Of a stretch of 64,000 nucleotides of DNA, positions 48,387 to 59,088 are shown one piece after another. The translations under genes and the position numbers were made by a program. The stretch is from a virus. The stretch is from positions 1 to 64,000 of IMG/VR virus record IMGVR_UViG_3300044991_001618. The stretch is one strand, 5' to 3'. Under the pieces are notes generated by a model that did no database searches, had not been told where the DNA came from, and saw only the letters and a program-made list of their open reading frames with translations. Within the stretch, counting starts at the first letter, position 1. Every line of letters begins with the position of its first letter.

Positions 48387-49192
48387 TAAGAATTTTGAAT
48401 TTCGTACTTTATTTTTCTATCAGTTGTAAAAAAATATTCTTTTTTAGCAGTTTGAAGCCAAAATTTAACTTCATCTTCAGTAATTTTATTATCATCATAC
48501 TTATAATTCCAAAATATTGACCCCTCCCTTAAATTGGTATGTTTATATCCCAATCTTGGTATTGTCATAACTGATGTTGAATTATAAGTTAACCTCAATA
48601 AAAATTCATAACTAAATGTTAATTTTATTGATGGCTTAAATCCACCTGTGCTAATAAATATATCCTTTTTCAAAATAATTCCAGAAGTTTGAAAATTTTG
48701 ATATTCTTGTAGGATGTCATTTGTTAAAACTCCCATTTCTTGGGTGAAATTTGCCGCAAATGTTGCTTCATTTGTAAAACCAGCAAATGTTTCTTTTGCA
48801 TCAACATCAACAACAACAGGTAAAAATGCCCCATATTCAGGATAAACTTCTGCATACTTTTTAAAATTCTTAAACCAAATATTTGAATACTCATCATCAA
48901 ATTCAAATAATGAAATCCATTCTGATGAAGCGTTTTCAACGCCATAATTAATTTGCTCACAATAATTTGGTTCAGAATCCCAAGCTAATTTTTTAACATT
49001 AATAGATTTAAAATCATATTCATTTAAATATTTAACAAGAGAATCTTCTTTTGTATGGATAATAACCAATTCATCAAAATCATTTTCTTGTTTCTCCAAT
49101 GACGCAATTGCTTTGGTGAAAAACATATCAAAGTCTTTAACTTTTGATGATTTAATTGGTAATATAATTGATAGTGATAATTTTTTGCTCAT
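48386..49192 (-). CDS. GT2-like glycosyltransferase
   Basis: LSIILP, NYGV, FEFDDE (DxD-like). Confidence 0.75.
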   Translation of the reverse strand: MSKKLSLSIILPIKSSKVKDFDMFFTKAIASLEKQENDFDELVIIHTKEDSLVKYLNEYDFKSINVKKLAWDSEPNYCEQINYGVENASSEWISLFEFDDEYSNIWFKNFKKYAEVYPEYGAFLPVVVDVDAKETFAGFTNEATFAANFTQEMGVLTNDILQEYQNFQTSGIILKKDIFISTGGFKPSIKLTFSYEFLLRLTYNSTSVMTIPRLGYKHTNLREGSIFWNYKYDDNKITEDEVKFWLQTAKKEYFFTTDRKIKYEIQNS

Positions 49193-49193
49193 T

Positions 49194-50240
49194 TTATAAT
49201 TTGTTTAGTTGCTCTTGAAATGCGTTTATTCTATTATCAAAATATGAATTAAAACAATTGATAACTGTTGATGTGAATTTATCCTTATCTTTATACATAT
49301 TAGATGTCTTTTCTATCTCTTCATATAGTTCAGGTGTTATACTGTCTTCCAACCAATTCTGAATAAATTCGGCAATATAATCAACCATTTTTAATTTGTC
49401 TTGTATCCAAATGCCGTTTTTATCATTCATCCATTCAGGTATTAAATCTGGTATTCTACCAATAACTGGAATACCACAAGCCATAGATTCTAATGGATAT
49501 GTTCCAAAACCACTAATATCATCAATCCAAACGCTTAAAAAACAATTCTTTAAAGAATTAGCAAATTCACTTTGGCTAAGACCCCTCATATCCCTAAATG
49601 TGAACCACCTAAATTGGGGGTATTTTAAATAAAATTGTTTAACAATATTAATTGTATCAGTCTGCTCTCTTGTGTGAACAGCAATAATTGGCATTGGGGG
49701 TACTTTTGGTTTATCAAATAAATCTGAAATTACTGGGGTAATAATGTCATAAGACATTTTCTTCATATATGAATCTAGTTCATCCTTTTGTTTTTCAGAA
49801 GTTGTTATACATTTTAAAAATCCTAATGAAGGCCAACTTTGCCCTGGTTGTAATGTATCTAAAACATAAGAGTAAGATTGCATCAATACAATTTTACCAC
49901 AAGGCAAATCTTTTATTTGTTCCATAATAAATCCATATATTTCTGGAAGTACAATAAAATCTTCTGGACTAATTTCCAAATTCTCCCCCTCAATTGAACG
50001 GTGGGGTAATGAGGTCATATAACTTTCGTCAAGCCAAGAAGCAACACCTGAATAATCTTTCTTTTCGTGTAATATAATAGGATTGAAGCCGTTATCTTTT
50101 AATGATAATGCCACATCGTATATATATTTTATGGATGCCCTAGCATTTCCTTTTGTGTCTTGAGCCACAAAATAAATCCTTGATTTCTTATCTTTTAAGA
50201 TATTTAAAGAATTTTCAATTTTTGGTTTAATATCATTCAT
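49194..50240 (-). CDS. GT-B (GT4-like) glycosyltransferase
   Basis: GFGTYPLESMACGIPVIG. Confidence 0.75.
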   Translation of the reverse strand: MNDIKPKIENSLNILKDKKSRIYFVAQDTKGNARASIKYIYDVALSLKDNGFNPIILHEKKDYSGVASWLDESYMTSLPHRSIEGENLEISPEDFIVLPEIYGFIMEQIKDLPCGKIVLMQSYSYVLDTLQPGQSWPSLGFLKCITTSEKQKDELDSYMKKMSYDIITPVISDLFDKPKVPPMPIIAVHTREQTDTINIVKQFYLKYPQFRWFTFRDMRGLSQSEFANSLKNCFLSVWIDDISGFGTYPLESMACGIPVIGRIPDLIPEWMNDKNGIWIQDKLKMVDYIAEFIQNWLEDSITPELYEEIEKTSNMYKDKDKFTSTVINCFNSYFDNRINAFQEQLNKL

Positions 50241-50241
50241 G

Positions 50242-50520
50242 TTAATATTTGTTTATTATCTTTTTGTTTAATAATGTATTAAATGCCAATTTAAATGGTA
50301 GAGTCAAGTTATTACCTGAACTTAATCCAAGTTTTTCATCAATGTCATCATTCTCTGTTAGAATAACATCTAACATTAGTTTTACAAGTTCATATTTTAT
50401 AATATTTATTTTTGTATCTGTTGTACCTGTTATTTCTATTGATGCAACTTCTGTCATATCAACATACTTTTCAACAATATCTAAATCAACATAATAATGT
50501 TCTCCTAAAATTTTTAACAT
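50242..50520 (-). CDS. hypothetical protein
   Basis: 92-aa coupled ORF. Confidence 0.65.
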   Translation of the reverse strand: MLKILGEHYYVDLDIVEKYVDMTEVASIEITGTTDTKINIIKYELVKLMLDVILTENDDIDEKLGLSSGNNLTLPFKLAFNTLLNKKIINKY

Positions 50521-51101
50521 AGTTCTAAAATTTTGTCTTTAAATTCTCTTAGTTTATTTATGCTATGTTTGGTTTTAATATTTTTATTGTATTCTTGTTC
50601 ATACTTAATTATAACCAAATTGTTTGGCACATCTAATAATAGGTTAGGATTAGCCGTAAGTAAAACATCTATTGGTTTAATCATCTCATTTTTTGTTTGT
50701 TCGCTATAAAATTTGATATTTTCAATCAAACAAGAAAATTTTGATAAAAAGAACAATGTTGCTGGCTTTGATTTTCCAATTTCATCGGAAACAATAATAA
50801 TCTCATGATTATCTCTCATATCCAAATAAAAATCATTCAAATCATTCATCCCTGTATATTCAACAGATGCTGCATGCCCAAATATCTCCATTGGATGTTC
50901 AATGTATAAAAAATTATACAAATCATCATCCAATGGAAATTTAAAATGATTTAAAAGATTTAAGGAATCAATTGGGTAATTTATTTCATATTTAAATTCT
51001 GATTCATTATCTTCATTTGCAACATAAAACTTATCATAAACTTGTTCTATCTTCCCAAGAGTGTCCCTTAATATTCCATTTAAATCAATTGCTATTGTCA
51101 T
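50514..51101 (-). CDS. HAD-like 5'(3')-deoxyribonucleotidase-related protein
   Basis: IAIDLNGILRD HAD motif I (second Asp replaced by Asn). Confidence 0.6.
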   Translation of the reverse strand: MTIAIDLNGILRDTLGKIEQVYDKFYVANEDNESEFKYEINYPIDSLNLLNHFKFPLDDDLYNFLYIEHPMEIFGHAASVEYTGMNDLNDFYLDMRDNHEIIIVSDEIGKSKPATLFFLSKFSCLIENIKFYSEQTKNEMIKPIDVLLTANPNLLLDVPNNLVIIKYEQEYNKNIKTKHSINKLREFKDKILELC

Positions 51102-51816
51102 ACTTTTTTAAAATTTTGCTTATGATGGGGTTTCTAACAATATCCTCACTATAAAATTCATGGTGAGCAATATCTGAGATGCCTTGTAATCTTTCCATAG
51201 CATCATATAATCCAGTTCCCCTCTTGTCTTTATATCTATCAGTTTGTTCCAAATCTCCAGATATAAAGAATTTAGTATTAAAACCTATTCTTGTCAATAG
51301 TAATTTCATTTGATTTGGTGTGGTATTTTGTGCCTCTTCTAATACCAAGATGGTGTTGTCAATGTTTAAACCCCTCATATAAGCAAGAGCCATAACCTCA
51401 ATAACCTCCATATCCATTAATTTCTCACGGATATTTTTGCCAATTATTTTGTTAATTAAATAAAATGATGGATAAATATATGGATCCATCTTCTCATTTA
51501 CATTTCCAGGTAACGCCCCTAGTTTCTCTTCTGCTTCAACTGCTGGTTTAACAATCACCAACTTGTCATATGTATTGCTGGGGTCTGCAAGTAAGTCAAT
51601 GGCTGCTTTCATAGACATATAACTCTTTCCAGTTCCAGCAGGACCAATGCAAATTGTAATTTGGTTATTTAACAATTTGTCATAATAAACCACTTGATTG
51701 TCATTTAGGAATTTTTCTTTTGTTTTCTTTTTAAGTAAACTACAAATTTGGCTTTTCCTAGATTGGGGAGCTAACTCAACCTCATCTTCTTTTTTCACAA
51801 ATCTTCTTCTCGTCAT
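51085..51816 (-). CDS. phoH: PhoH-like ATPase
   Basis: GPAGTGKS, LGALPG, AYMRG, EEAQN, GDLEQ, VRNP. Confidence 0.92.
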   Translation of the reverse strand: MTRRRFVKKEDEVELAPQSRKSQICSLLKKKTKEKFLNDNQVVYYDKLLNNQITICIGPAGTGKSYMSMKAAIDLLADPSNTYDKLVIVKPAVEAEEKLGALPGNVNEKMDPYIYPSFYLINKIIGKNIREKLMDMEVIEVMALAYMRGLNIDNTILVLEEAQNTTPNQMKLLLTRIGFNTKFFISGDLEQTDRYKDKRGTGLYDAMERLQGISDIAHHEFYSEDIVRNPIISKILKKYDNSN

Positions 51817-51850
51817 TAAGTTGTTTTTATTTAATAATAAATAATAGGAA

Positions 51851-52852
51851 CTAGAATTTAGTAGTCAAATTTTCATCATTAAATTTATGTAACCAATATT
51901 CTATCATTTCATCAAGCATTGTTTCAAATGTATATTTTGGTTGCCAGTTAATTGTTTTCCTTAATTTTGTTGCATCTCCTTTTAAATCATATAGTTCTTC
52001 TGGTCTATAAAATTTTTCATCTTGTTTTACATAATCCATATAATTTAACCCCAAGTATGAAAAAACATATTCACACAATTCTCTAACAGAATGGGATACC
52101 CCTGTGGCACACACAAAGTCATCAGGATTATCTAATTGCAATATTGACCACATTGCCTCCACATAATCTTTTGCGTGTCCCCAGTCCCTTGTAGCATCCA
52201 AATTACCCAAACTTAATGAATTAGCTAATCCCAATTTTATTTTAACTGCTTGTTTAACCACCTTGTTTGTTACAAAGTTTGTCCCCCTTCTTGGGGATTC
52301 GTGATTAAATAAAATCCCATTTGATATAAACATACCATATGAATTTCTATAATTTCTTGCAATATTATACCCAAATACTTTTGAACAACCATAGGGTGAT
52401 ACCGGATTTAAAGGCGTTGTTTCCCTTTGAAATCCATCAGCATCAATTGAATTACCAAACATTTCAGATGATGATGCCTGGTATATTTTAATTGACTTAT
52501 CTACAAGTTTAACCGCTTCAAGTAAGTTTAAAACGCCAAGTCCAGTTGCATTTGCTGTGTAAATGGGTTGGTCAAATGATATTCTTACATGAGATTGTGC
52601 TGCCAAATTATATATCTCATTAGGTCTAACATCTTGTATTACTCTAATTAATGATGATAAGTCAGTCAAATCAGCATAATGTAATTTTAACTTATCATAT
52701 ATATTATCCAATCTTGATGTTTGATTTTCTGCAACTGAATTTCTTTTCAATGTTCCATGAACTTCATATCCTTTCTCAATCAATAATTCTGCTAAGTATG
52801 ATCCATCTTGACCATTTATCCCAGATATCAATGCTATTTTATTTTCTTGCAT
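51851..52852 (-). CDS. gmd: GDP-mannose 4,6-dehydratase (copy 1)
   Basis: GINGQDGSYL, AAQSHV, YQASSSEMFG, NHESPRRG; start MQENK at 52852. Confidence 0.95.
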   Translation of the reverse strand: MQENKIALISGINGQDGSYLAELLIEKGYEVHGTLKRNSVAENQTSRLDNIYDKLKLHYADLTDLSSLIRVIQDVRPNEIYNLAAQSHVRISFDQPIYTANATGLGVLNLLEAVKLVDKSIKIYQASSSEMFGNSIDADGFQRETTPLNPVSPYGCSKVFGYNIARNYRNSYGMFISNGILFNHESPRRGTNFVTNKVVKQAVKIKLGLANSLSLGNLDATRDWGHAKDYVEAMWSILQLDNPDDFVCATGVSHSVRELCEYVFSYLGLNYMDYVKQDEKFYRPEELYDLKGDATKLRKTINWQPKYTFETMLDEMIEYWLHKFNDENLTTKF

Positions 52853-53741
52853 AAGTATAATTTTCAATAAACCACTCAACTGTTTCCTTCAACCCCTCCT
52901 CAATTGGGGTGAATTTAAAATCTGGTAAATATGACATCAATTTGCTATTATCAGATGGCTTTCTAAATTGTCCATCAGGTTTAGAATCATCAAATATTAC
53001 CTTACCCTTAAAGTTAAAATAATTTACCAATAAGTCAACCAAATCTCTTATACTAATTTCAGATGAGGGACTCAAAATAATTGGTTCAGATTCATTGTAA
53101 TTATTTAAAACCCATTCACTTAATCTTGCAACATCTTTAACATAAATAAATTCTCTTAATGGTTTACCAGATCCCCAAACAATAAAATCAGTTTTTGTTT
53201 CTTTTGCCAAAAATAATTTATGAATTAACATAGGAATAACATGACCATGCTCTAATGAGAAATTATCATTAGAACCATATATGTTTGTTGGTATTACTGA
53301 TTTATAATTTAACCCATATTGTTCTCTATATGCCCTAATTTGTATATCTGCCATTCTCTTGGCATAAGCATAGGGATAATTTGATGAATGAGGCTCACCC
53401 AAATGTATCTTCTTTTCAGTTAGGGGGTAATCAATATTATCTGGAAATACACAAGTGGATAAGAAACAAACCAAATTTTCAACTCCAACCTTCCTTGCTG
53501 ATTCTATAACATTTGTGTTTATCATAATGTTATCATAGAAATATTCACCCTTATACTTCATATTACCCCCAAGTCCACCAACTTTACCAGCACAATGAAT
53601 AATATGTGTTGGTTTATGCTTTTCAAAGGCTTCATATGTAAGGTGGGGGTTTGTTAAATCAATTTCACTTCCAATCTTAATATCTGATTTAATATGTGAA
53701 CCAACTAAACCATATCCACCAGTTACTAACAATTTTAGCAT
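52839..53741 (-). CDS. fcl: GDP-L-fucose synthase
   Basis: GGYGLVG, AGKVGG, STCVFP, YAYAKR, WGSGKPLREF. Confidence 0.93.
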   Translation of the reverse strand: MLKLLVTGGYGLVGSHIKSDIKIGSEIDLTNPHLTYEAFEKHKPTHIIHCAGKVGGLGGNMKYKGEYFYDNIMINTNVIESARKVGVENLVCFLSTCVFPDNIDYPLTEKKIHLGEPHSSNYPYAYAKRMADIQIRAYREQYGLNYKSVIPTNIYGSNDNFSLEHGHVIPMLIHKLFLAKETKTDFIVWGSGKPLREFIYVKDVARLSEWVLNNYNESEPIILSPSSEISIRDLVDLLVNYFNFKGKVIFDDSKPDGQFRKPSDNSKLMSYLPDFKFTPIEEGLKETVEWFIENYTYARK

Positions 53742-53746
53742 ATAAA

Positions 53747-54745
53747 CTAATATTTTTTATTATTAATCATTTTAGTAATCCTAACTTGTTCATCCCAATG
53801 CTCAATCATTTCATCCATTAACATTTCAAAAGTATATTCTGGCTTCCAACCAAATTCTTTTCTAATTTTAGTAGAATCACCTTTAAGATATTTTAATTCT
53901 TCAGGTCTCATAAATTCTTGGTCTTGGACAACATATAGATTATAATCAAGTTCTAGTTTAGTAAATACATAATCAATCATTTCTCTAACTGAATGAGTTT
54001 TCATTGTTGATACAACATAATCATCTGGTGTATTGTGGTTTAATAATAAGTGCATTGCTTTTACATAATCTTTAGAATGACCCCAATCTCTATATGAATC
54101 CATATTGCCAATGACTAGTTTATTTGCTAATCCATGTTTTATTTCAAGAGCAGTTTTAATAACTTTGCTTGTTACAAAATTGGATCCCCTTCTTGGGGAT
54201 TCATGATTGAATAGTATTCCATTTACAGCATGTAATCCATAACCCCTTCTGTAACTTCTAACTAATGAATATGCAGATAATTTAGAACACCCATATGGTG
54301 ATACTGGTATCATTGGTGTTGTTTCTCGTTGAAAGCCATCACTATCAACAGAGTTTCCAAACATTTCTGATGATGATGCTTGATAAAATTTAGCATTTGG
54401 ACAACTTCTTCTATAGGCTTCTAACATATTTAAAACACCATTTGAATTTGTTTGTAATGTAAATTCTGGTATATCAAAACTTATTCTAACATGACTTTGT
54501 GCTGCTAAATTATATATTTCATCAGGTTGTATTTTATCTAATAATTTTTGTAAATTTGTTTGGTCTAAAACATCCCCATAATAAACATACATTCTATCTT
54601 TTATGGATTCAATACGGCTTTGTTGGTGTTCAGGTACTGAATTTCTTCTAACAATGCCATAAACTTCATATCCTAAAGACAATAAATATTCTGATAAGTA
54701 TGAGCCATCTTGCCCATTAATTCCTGTAATAAATGCTTTTTTCAT
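53747..54745 (-). CDS. gmd: GDP-mannose 4,6-dehydratase (copy 2)
   Basis: Same Gmd motifs. Confidence 0.95.
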   Translation of the reverse strand: MKKAFITGINGQDGSYLSEYLLSLGYEVYGIVRRNSVPEHQQSRIESIKDRMYVYYGDVLDQTNLQKLLDKIQPDEIYNLAAQSHVRISFDIPEFTLQTNSNGVLNMLEAYRRSCPNAKFYQASSSEMFGNSVDSDGFQRETTPMIPVSPYGCSKLSAYSLVRSYRRGYGLHAVNGILFNHESPRRGSNFVTSKVIKTALEIKHGLANKLVIGNMDSYRDWGHSKDYVKAMHLLLNHNTPDDYVVSTMKTHSVREMIDYVFTKLELDYNLYVVQDQEFMRPEELKYLKGDSTKIRKEFGWKPEYTFEMLMDEMIEHWDEQVRITKMINNKKY

Positions 54746-54746
54746 A

Positions 54747-55346
54747 TTATTTTTTAAAAATTTTCATTTTAGTTAAATCAGGCCAATCAGTAACTACCCA
54801 TTGCCTTGGTGGGGTATTGATTGCATCTTGTAATTTATTTAGTCCTAATTGTGCAATCTCAGGTGTCATATAATAATGAAATCCAAGAGTGTCTATATCT
54901 TGGTCTCTCCACGGTATGTTAGGTAATCTTCCATCATAAGACATTTTCTTTAATGAAATATAATCAATTTCATTATCAAGTAAAATAATACCCCCTCTAC
55001 CTAATGAAAGATGTTTTTGATATTGAAAACTAACACACATAAATGTGTTGGGAATATAACTATTTTTTTTCCACAATACTGCTGCATCAATAATTCTTTT
55101 ATCACCATAATTAAGTGTATAATAATTTTCCCAATCTTCATATCTCCATTCTAGTTCTATACCTATTTTTTCTGCCAAAAATGGTACAGACAAATATGTT
55201 CTTGTAGGTACATTAATTTTGGTTTCTTTAACATATCTTAAACATAATTCTAACCCATGTGTACAACTATCAACAGCAACTGCATAAGAAGAACCAAAAA
55301 ACTCTGATATTTTATTTTCAAAAGTTGAAACTACTTCAAAATTCAT
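54747..55346 (-). CDS. short DegT/DnrJ-like PLP sugar aminotransferase
   Basis: AVAVDSCTHGL, DAA, SFQYQKHL (catalytic Lys), GRGG. Confidence 0.75.
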   Translation of the reverse strand: MNFEVVSTFENKISEFFGSSYAVAVDSCTHGLELCLRYVKETKINVPTRTYLSVPFLAEKIGIELEWRYEDWENYYTLNYGDKRIIDAAVLWKKNSYIPNTFMCVSFQYQKHLSLGRGGIILLDNEIDYISLKKMSYDGRLPNIPWRDQDIDTLGFHYYMTPEIAQLGLNKLQDAINTPPRQWVVTDWPDLTKMKIFKK

Positions 55347-56245
55347 TTTTTATCATTTAAATAGGTTTTAATATTGTTGTTATCATCACACCATTTAAGT
55401 GCGTATTGACCTTCTAACGGTCTTGAAAACATTGGATGGTAATGTTTGGCACACCCCTCAAAAAAATAATGATTGGCTTGAGTTAATCTAGTTTTATTAA
55501 AATCTGTAACACCTTCAACATTACAGCCACCATGCAACATATTTGAAGCCCATATTAAAGCTTGTCCTTTTTTTAAACTTACGTTTTTTTCAGAGGCTTT
55601 TTTACTTTTTATTAATTCAATTAAAAAATCTTCATATATTTTATAATTATTAGATTCCCCATTTTCAATAGTATCAGGGTGAGGTAAATTAAGATTATGG
55701 TATTCATATACTGGCCATTTATGACTACCCGGTATTATTTTTAAAGTGCCATTAGTTTCATCAACATCTTCAAATGCTACCCACACACCAACCATCCAAA
55801 GATGTGGTATTGTGTGAAAATGTATTGTATCACTATGTAGTGGTTGATTACTACCTTTAATAAAATTAATAGTTGAAAATGGAAATGGCGTTTTTCCATA
55901 TAAATAACTAAGAGTATTAATAATTTTAGGGTGTATTGTTAAATTAGCAATTGAGTCACTTTTTTTCCAATGTTCAAATATTCTTTTACTTTCTGTATAT
56001 TGAAAGTGGTCAGCATGATATGTAGTATTTTCATTATTTAGTGCACTATACGTGTCATTTACTATTGGTAATATATCATCATCAGTTAATTCTAAATCAA
56101 TAATAAGATAACCATTTTCATTATAAAATTTACAATTTTCTTTTTGTTTATTGGTTAGCCCTGAATCATCCAATAATTCGTGAAAAAATGGTGATTCAAT
56201 CCATGGAATGTCTAATGAGTTGTTTGATGGTTTAAAATTATTCAT
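55343..56245 (-). CDS. PhyH-like 2OG-Fe(II) dioxygenase
   Basis: LHSD, VWVAFED...NGTL..IPGSH, MLHGG. Confidence 0.85.
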   Translation of the reverse strand: MNNFKPSNNSLDIPWIESPFFHELLDDSGLTNKQKENCKFYNENGYLIIDLELTDDDILPIVNDTYSALNNENTTYHADHFQYTESKRIFEHWKKSDSIANLTIHPKIINTLSYLYGKTPFPFSTINFIKGSNQPLHSDTIHFHTIPHLWMVGVWVAFEDVDETNGTLKIIPGSHKWPVYEYHNLNLPHPDTIENGESNNYKIYEDFLIELIKSKKASEKNVSLKKGQALIWASNMLHGGCNVEGVTDFNKTRLTQANHYFFEGCAKHYHPMFSRPLEGQYALKWCDDNNNIKTYLNDKK

Positions 56246-56768
56246 AGTTCATAAGTTTTTTAGCACTTTCTAATATTTGTTTTGAATCTCTCGTTTTGAT
56301 TGGTTTTGCTGGTGATCCAGCATATACTGTCCAAGGTTCTGTATCTTTAGTAACAACAGACCCAGCTCCAACTATTGACCCTTCACCTAATGTTACACCA
56401 GGTAAAACAGTACAATTAACACCTAAAGTAGAGTATCTTTTAAATATTACTGGTTTATTTATGACCATTCGATGTTCTAATGGAACAACAGGCGATATTA
56501 ATCCTTGAGTAAAATCATCACTTGCGCAGACAATTCTACTTCCAGAACCAATGTTAGTAAAATCTTCCATAACAATTAATGCTGGCGCACCACCTATAAT
56601 TGAAACACTTGGTGCAATATGAATATAATCCCCCAATATTGCTTGAGTTGATATATAAGTCCACATATCAATTGCTACATGATTACCTATTTCAACTAAT
56701 TCAGGTCTTGATATTATTGCTAAATTACTAACCCTAACATCTTTCCCCACTTTTTTTAATTTTTTCAT
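56238..56768 (-). CDS. hexapeptide-repeat acyl/acetyltransferase
   Basis: VLPGVTLGEGSIVGAGSVVTKD, YAGSPAK. Confidence 0.9.
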   Translation of the reverse strand: MKKLKKVGKDVRVSNLAIISRPELVEIGNHVAIDMWTYISTQAILGDYIHIAPSVSIIGGAPALIVMEDFTNIGSGSRIVCASDDFTQGLISPVVPLEHRMVINKPVIFKRYSTLGVNCTVLPGVTLGEGSIVGAGSVVTKDTEPWTVYAGSPAKPIKTRDSKQILESAKKLMNYE

Positions 56769-56777
56769 TTTTTATAT

Positions 56778-57428
56778 TTATAATCCACCATTTATTTTTA
56801 AATTACCACCACAAAAATATTCATTTTCTATAATATAATCAATAGTATTATATAATTCTTCAGTTTTACCAAACCTTTTTAAACCTATTTTTTCTTTTGC
56901 AATATCTTGATATTTAGATTCAACTCTATCACCCATTCCACCATCCCAATATCCTAGTTGTATTGTATTACATGTTATTCCATGTTTTATATTTTCTTTA
57001 TTAGCAACCGAAATTAATCTATCCAAAAAAGCTTTTGATGCACAATATAATGAATTTTTAGGTACATTCATTTCAGAAAAAATTGAAGATATTGATATCA
57101 CTCTACCCCATTTATTTTTAATCATATTTGGTAAGCATCCAGAAAGTATATTTATATTACCTTTTATGTTTACATTCAACATATCATCAATTTCTTTATA
57201 ATCATCCTCAGTAATACTATTTAAAAATACATCATATTTTTTACCTGACATATTTAAAACAATATCTACTTGATTTTCATTAAAAAAATTATTTACTTCT
57301 TTTGGGTTTGTTACATCAACGTCTTTACTACTTAAATCAATTACTTCATATTTTTTTTTAAGAAATGGTACTAATTTAGTTCCAAGACCACCTTTTCCAC
57401 CAAAAACAACTATTTTTTTCATAATCAT
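56778..57428 (-). CDS. FabG-like SDR oxidoreductase
   Basis: GGKGGLG, YCASK. Confidence 0.85.
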   Translation of the reverse strand: MIMKKIVVFGGKGGLGTKLVPFLKKKYEVIDLSSKDVDVTNPKEVNNFFNENQVDIVLNMSGKKYDVFLNSITEDDYKEIDDMLNVNIKGNINILSGCLPNMIKNKWGRVISISSIFSEMNVPKNSLYCASKAFLDRLISVANKENIKHGITCNTIQLGYWDGGMGDRVESKYQDIAKEKIGLKRFGKTEELYNTIDYIIENEYFCGGNLKINGGL

Positions 57429-58369
57429 TGATTATACTTAATTATCATTGAACCCCAAGCCCAACCAGCACCAACAGCTGATAATAATATATTATCACCA
57501 TAAGTTATTTCACCTGATTTAATTGCATCATCTAAAGCAATTGGTATTGATGCACCTGCAATATTACCATATTTATCCATTATTGTTTTTACTTTATGCA
57601 TTGGTAAACCAACATCTTTTGCAACCAACTTTAATATATTAATACTAGGTTGATGTGGTACTAACATATTAATATCATCAGCTGTTAAATTAGCTTCTTT
57701 TAAAACACTTTTAATTGATTCAGGTAATACTTTAGTTGCTTGTTCCCAAACTTCTTTGCCTACCATTTCAAATGGTTTATCTAATGGCATTCTAAAACCT
57801 GTCATACCAGTACCTTTACCATTAGACAATATTTCACTTACCATCCAACTATTATCTGAGGGTCCTAAAACTACAGCTCCAGCACCATCGCCAAAAAATA
57901 CACAATGACGATTATTTAAGTTAGTATGTTTAGAATATGTTTCACTAGCAACAATTAATATATTTTTATATATACCAGTACTAATTAATGTTGATGCAAA
58001 TGACATAGCATAGACAAACCCAGCACAAACTGCATTAATATCAAATGATGGTACATTTTTTTCAATATCTAATTTATTATGTAAAACACATGCAGTTGAT
58101 GGTGATATTTGATCAGGACTAGAAGTAACTACTATAATTAAATCTAAATCTTCTTTATTTATGTTAGCCGATTCTAAAGCATTTATGGCAGCATAGTAAG
58201 CTAAATCAGAAGTTTTCTCATCAGCAATAAATCTTCTTTCTAAAATACCTAATTTTTGTTCAACCCATTCTGGTGTTGTGTCTATGTTTTTACATAGTTC
58301 ACTATTACTCACAACCCTATTAGGTAGATAAGACCCAGTACCAATTATTGTTACTTTATCACTCTTCAT
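57425..58369 (-). CDS. fabH: 3-oxoacyl-ACP synthase III
   Basis: AVCAGF, FGDGAGA, PHQ, GN (Cys-His-Asn triad). Confidence 0.92.
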   Translation of the reverse strand: MKSDKVTIIGTGSYLPNRVVSNSELCKNIDTTPEWVEQKLGILERRFIADEKTSDLAYYAAINALESANINKEDLDLIIVVTSSPDQISPSTACVLHNKLDIEKNVPSFDINAVCAGFVYAMSFASTLISTGIYKNILIVASETYSKHTNLNNRHCVFFGDGAGAVVLGPSDNSWMVSEILSNGKGTGMTGFRMPLDKPFEMVGKEVWEQATKVLPESIKSVLKEANLTADDINMLVPHQPSINILKLVAKDVGLPMHKVKTIMDKYGNIAGASIPIALDDAIKSGEITYGDNILLSAVGAGWAWGSMIIKYNQ

Positions 58370-58452
58370 TTATAGAAATGTTTTATCTAATTCTTACCTT
58401 TTGCAGAAATCTGTTTTATATTCATATACTAATACCCAACTTTCTTGGATAA
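58370..58452 (-). pseudogene. internally deleted remnant of a WbuC-like cupin gene
   Basis: Reads IQESWV|LVYEYKTDFCKR*ELDKTFL*, matching two separate segments of the 59085..59498 protein. Confidence 0.7.
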
Positions 58453-59088
58453 TTACATTTTATTTTTTTCCCATGACTCCCAAACAAAAGGATAATCAAA
58501 TTTATTTTCAAATCCATTATAAATTAAGTTTTTTTGAATATTAATTCTTCTTTCTATATCATTTTCAATACCTAAATGAAACTGTATTTGTATATTTTTA
58601 AATTTATTAATAATTTTACTTTCAATCATATATTCCATTAATGCATATTCATCGCCCTCAATATTAATCTGAAGTAAATCTACTTGATTAATGTTATTAT
58701 CTGAAAGTATTTTATCAATAGGTAAGGTTTTAATTTGGATTACAGAATTACCATTTGTATTAAAATTTGTTGATGAGCCATCATTTGACAAATATAAAGA
58801 TTTAGTTGCCTCATTTTTATCTGTAGATACACCTACATTCATTACTTTTATTTTTTTATAATTTTCATATTTTGTAACTAAATGATTATAAAAGTCTGGG
58901 ACAGGTTCAACTAATATTATATTAGGAACATATGGGTTATTTTTTTTTAAAATTTCATCAATCCATAACCCATAATACCCCCCTAAATCAATAACAATTG
59001 AATTGTTATTTAATTCATAATTTATGTTATGGGTATAATCACCATTATCCCCAAACCACTTATTTAAACTTGTAATGTCTTGTCTCAT
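58453..59088 (-). CDS. FkbM-family methyltransferase
   Basis: VIDLGGYYG, VEP, INIEGDEY. Confidence 0.85.
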   Translation of the reverse strand: MRQDITSLNKWFGDNGDYTHNINYELNNNSIVIDLGGYYGLWIDEILKKNNPYVPNIILVEPVPDFYNHLVTKYENYKKIKVMNVGVSTDKNEATKSLYLSNDGSSTNFNTNGNSVIQIKTLPIDKILSDNNINQVDLLQINIEGDEYALMEYMIESKIINKFKNIQIQFHLGIENDIERRINIQKNLIYNGFENKFDYPFVWESWEKNKM

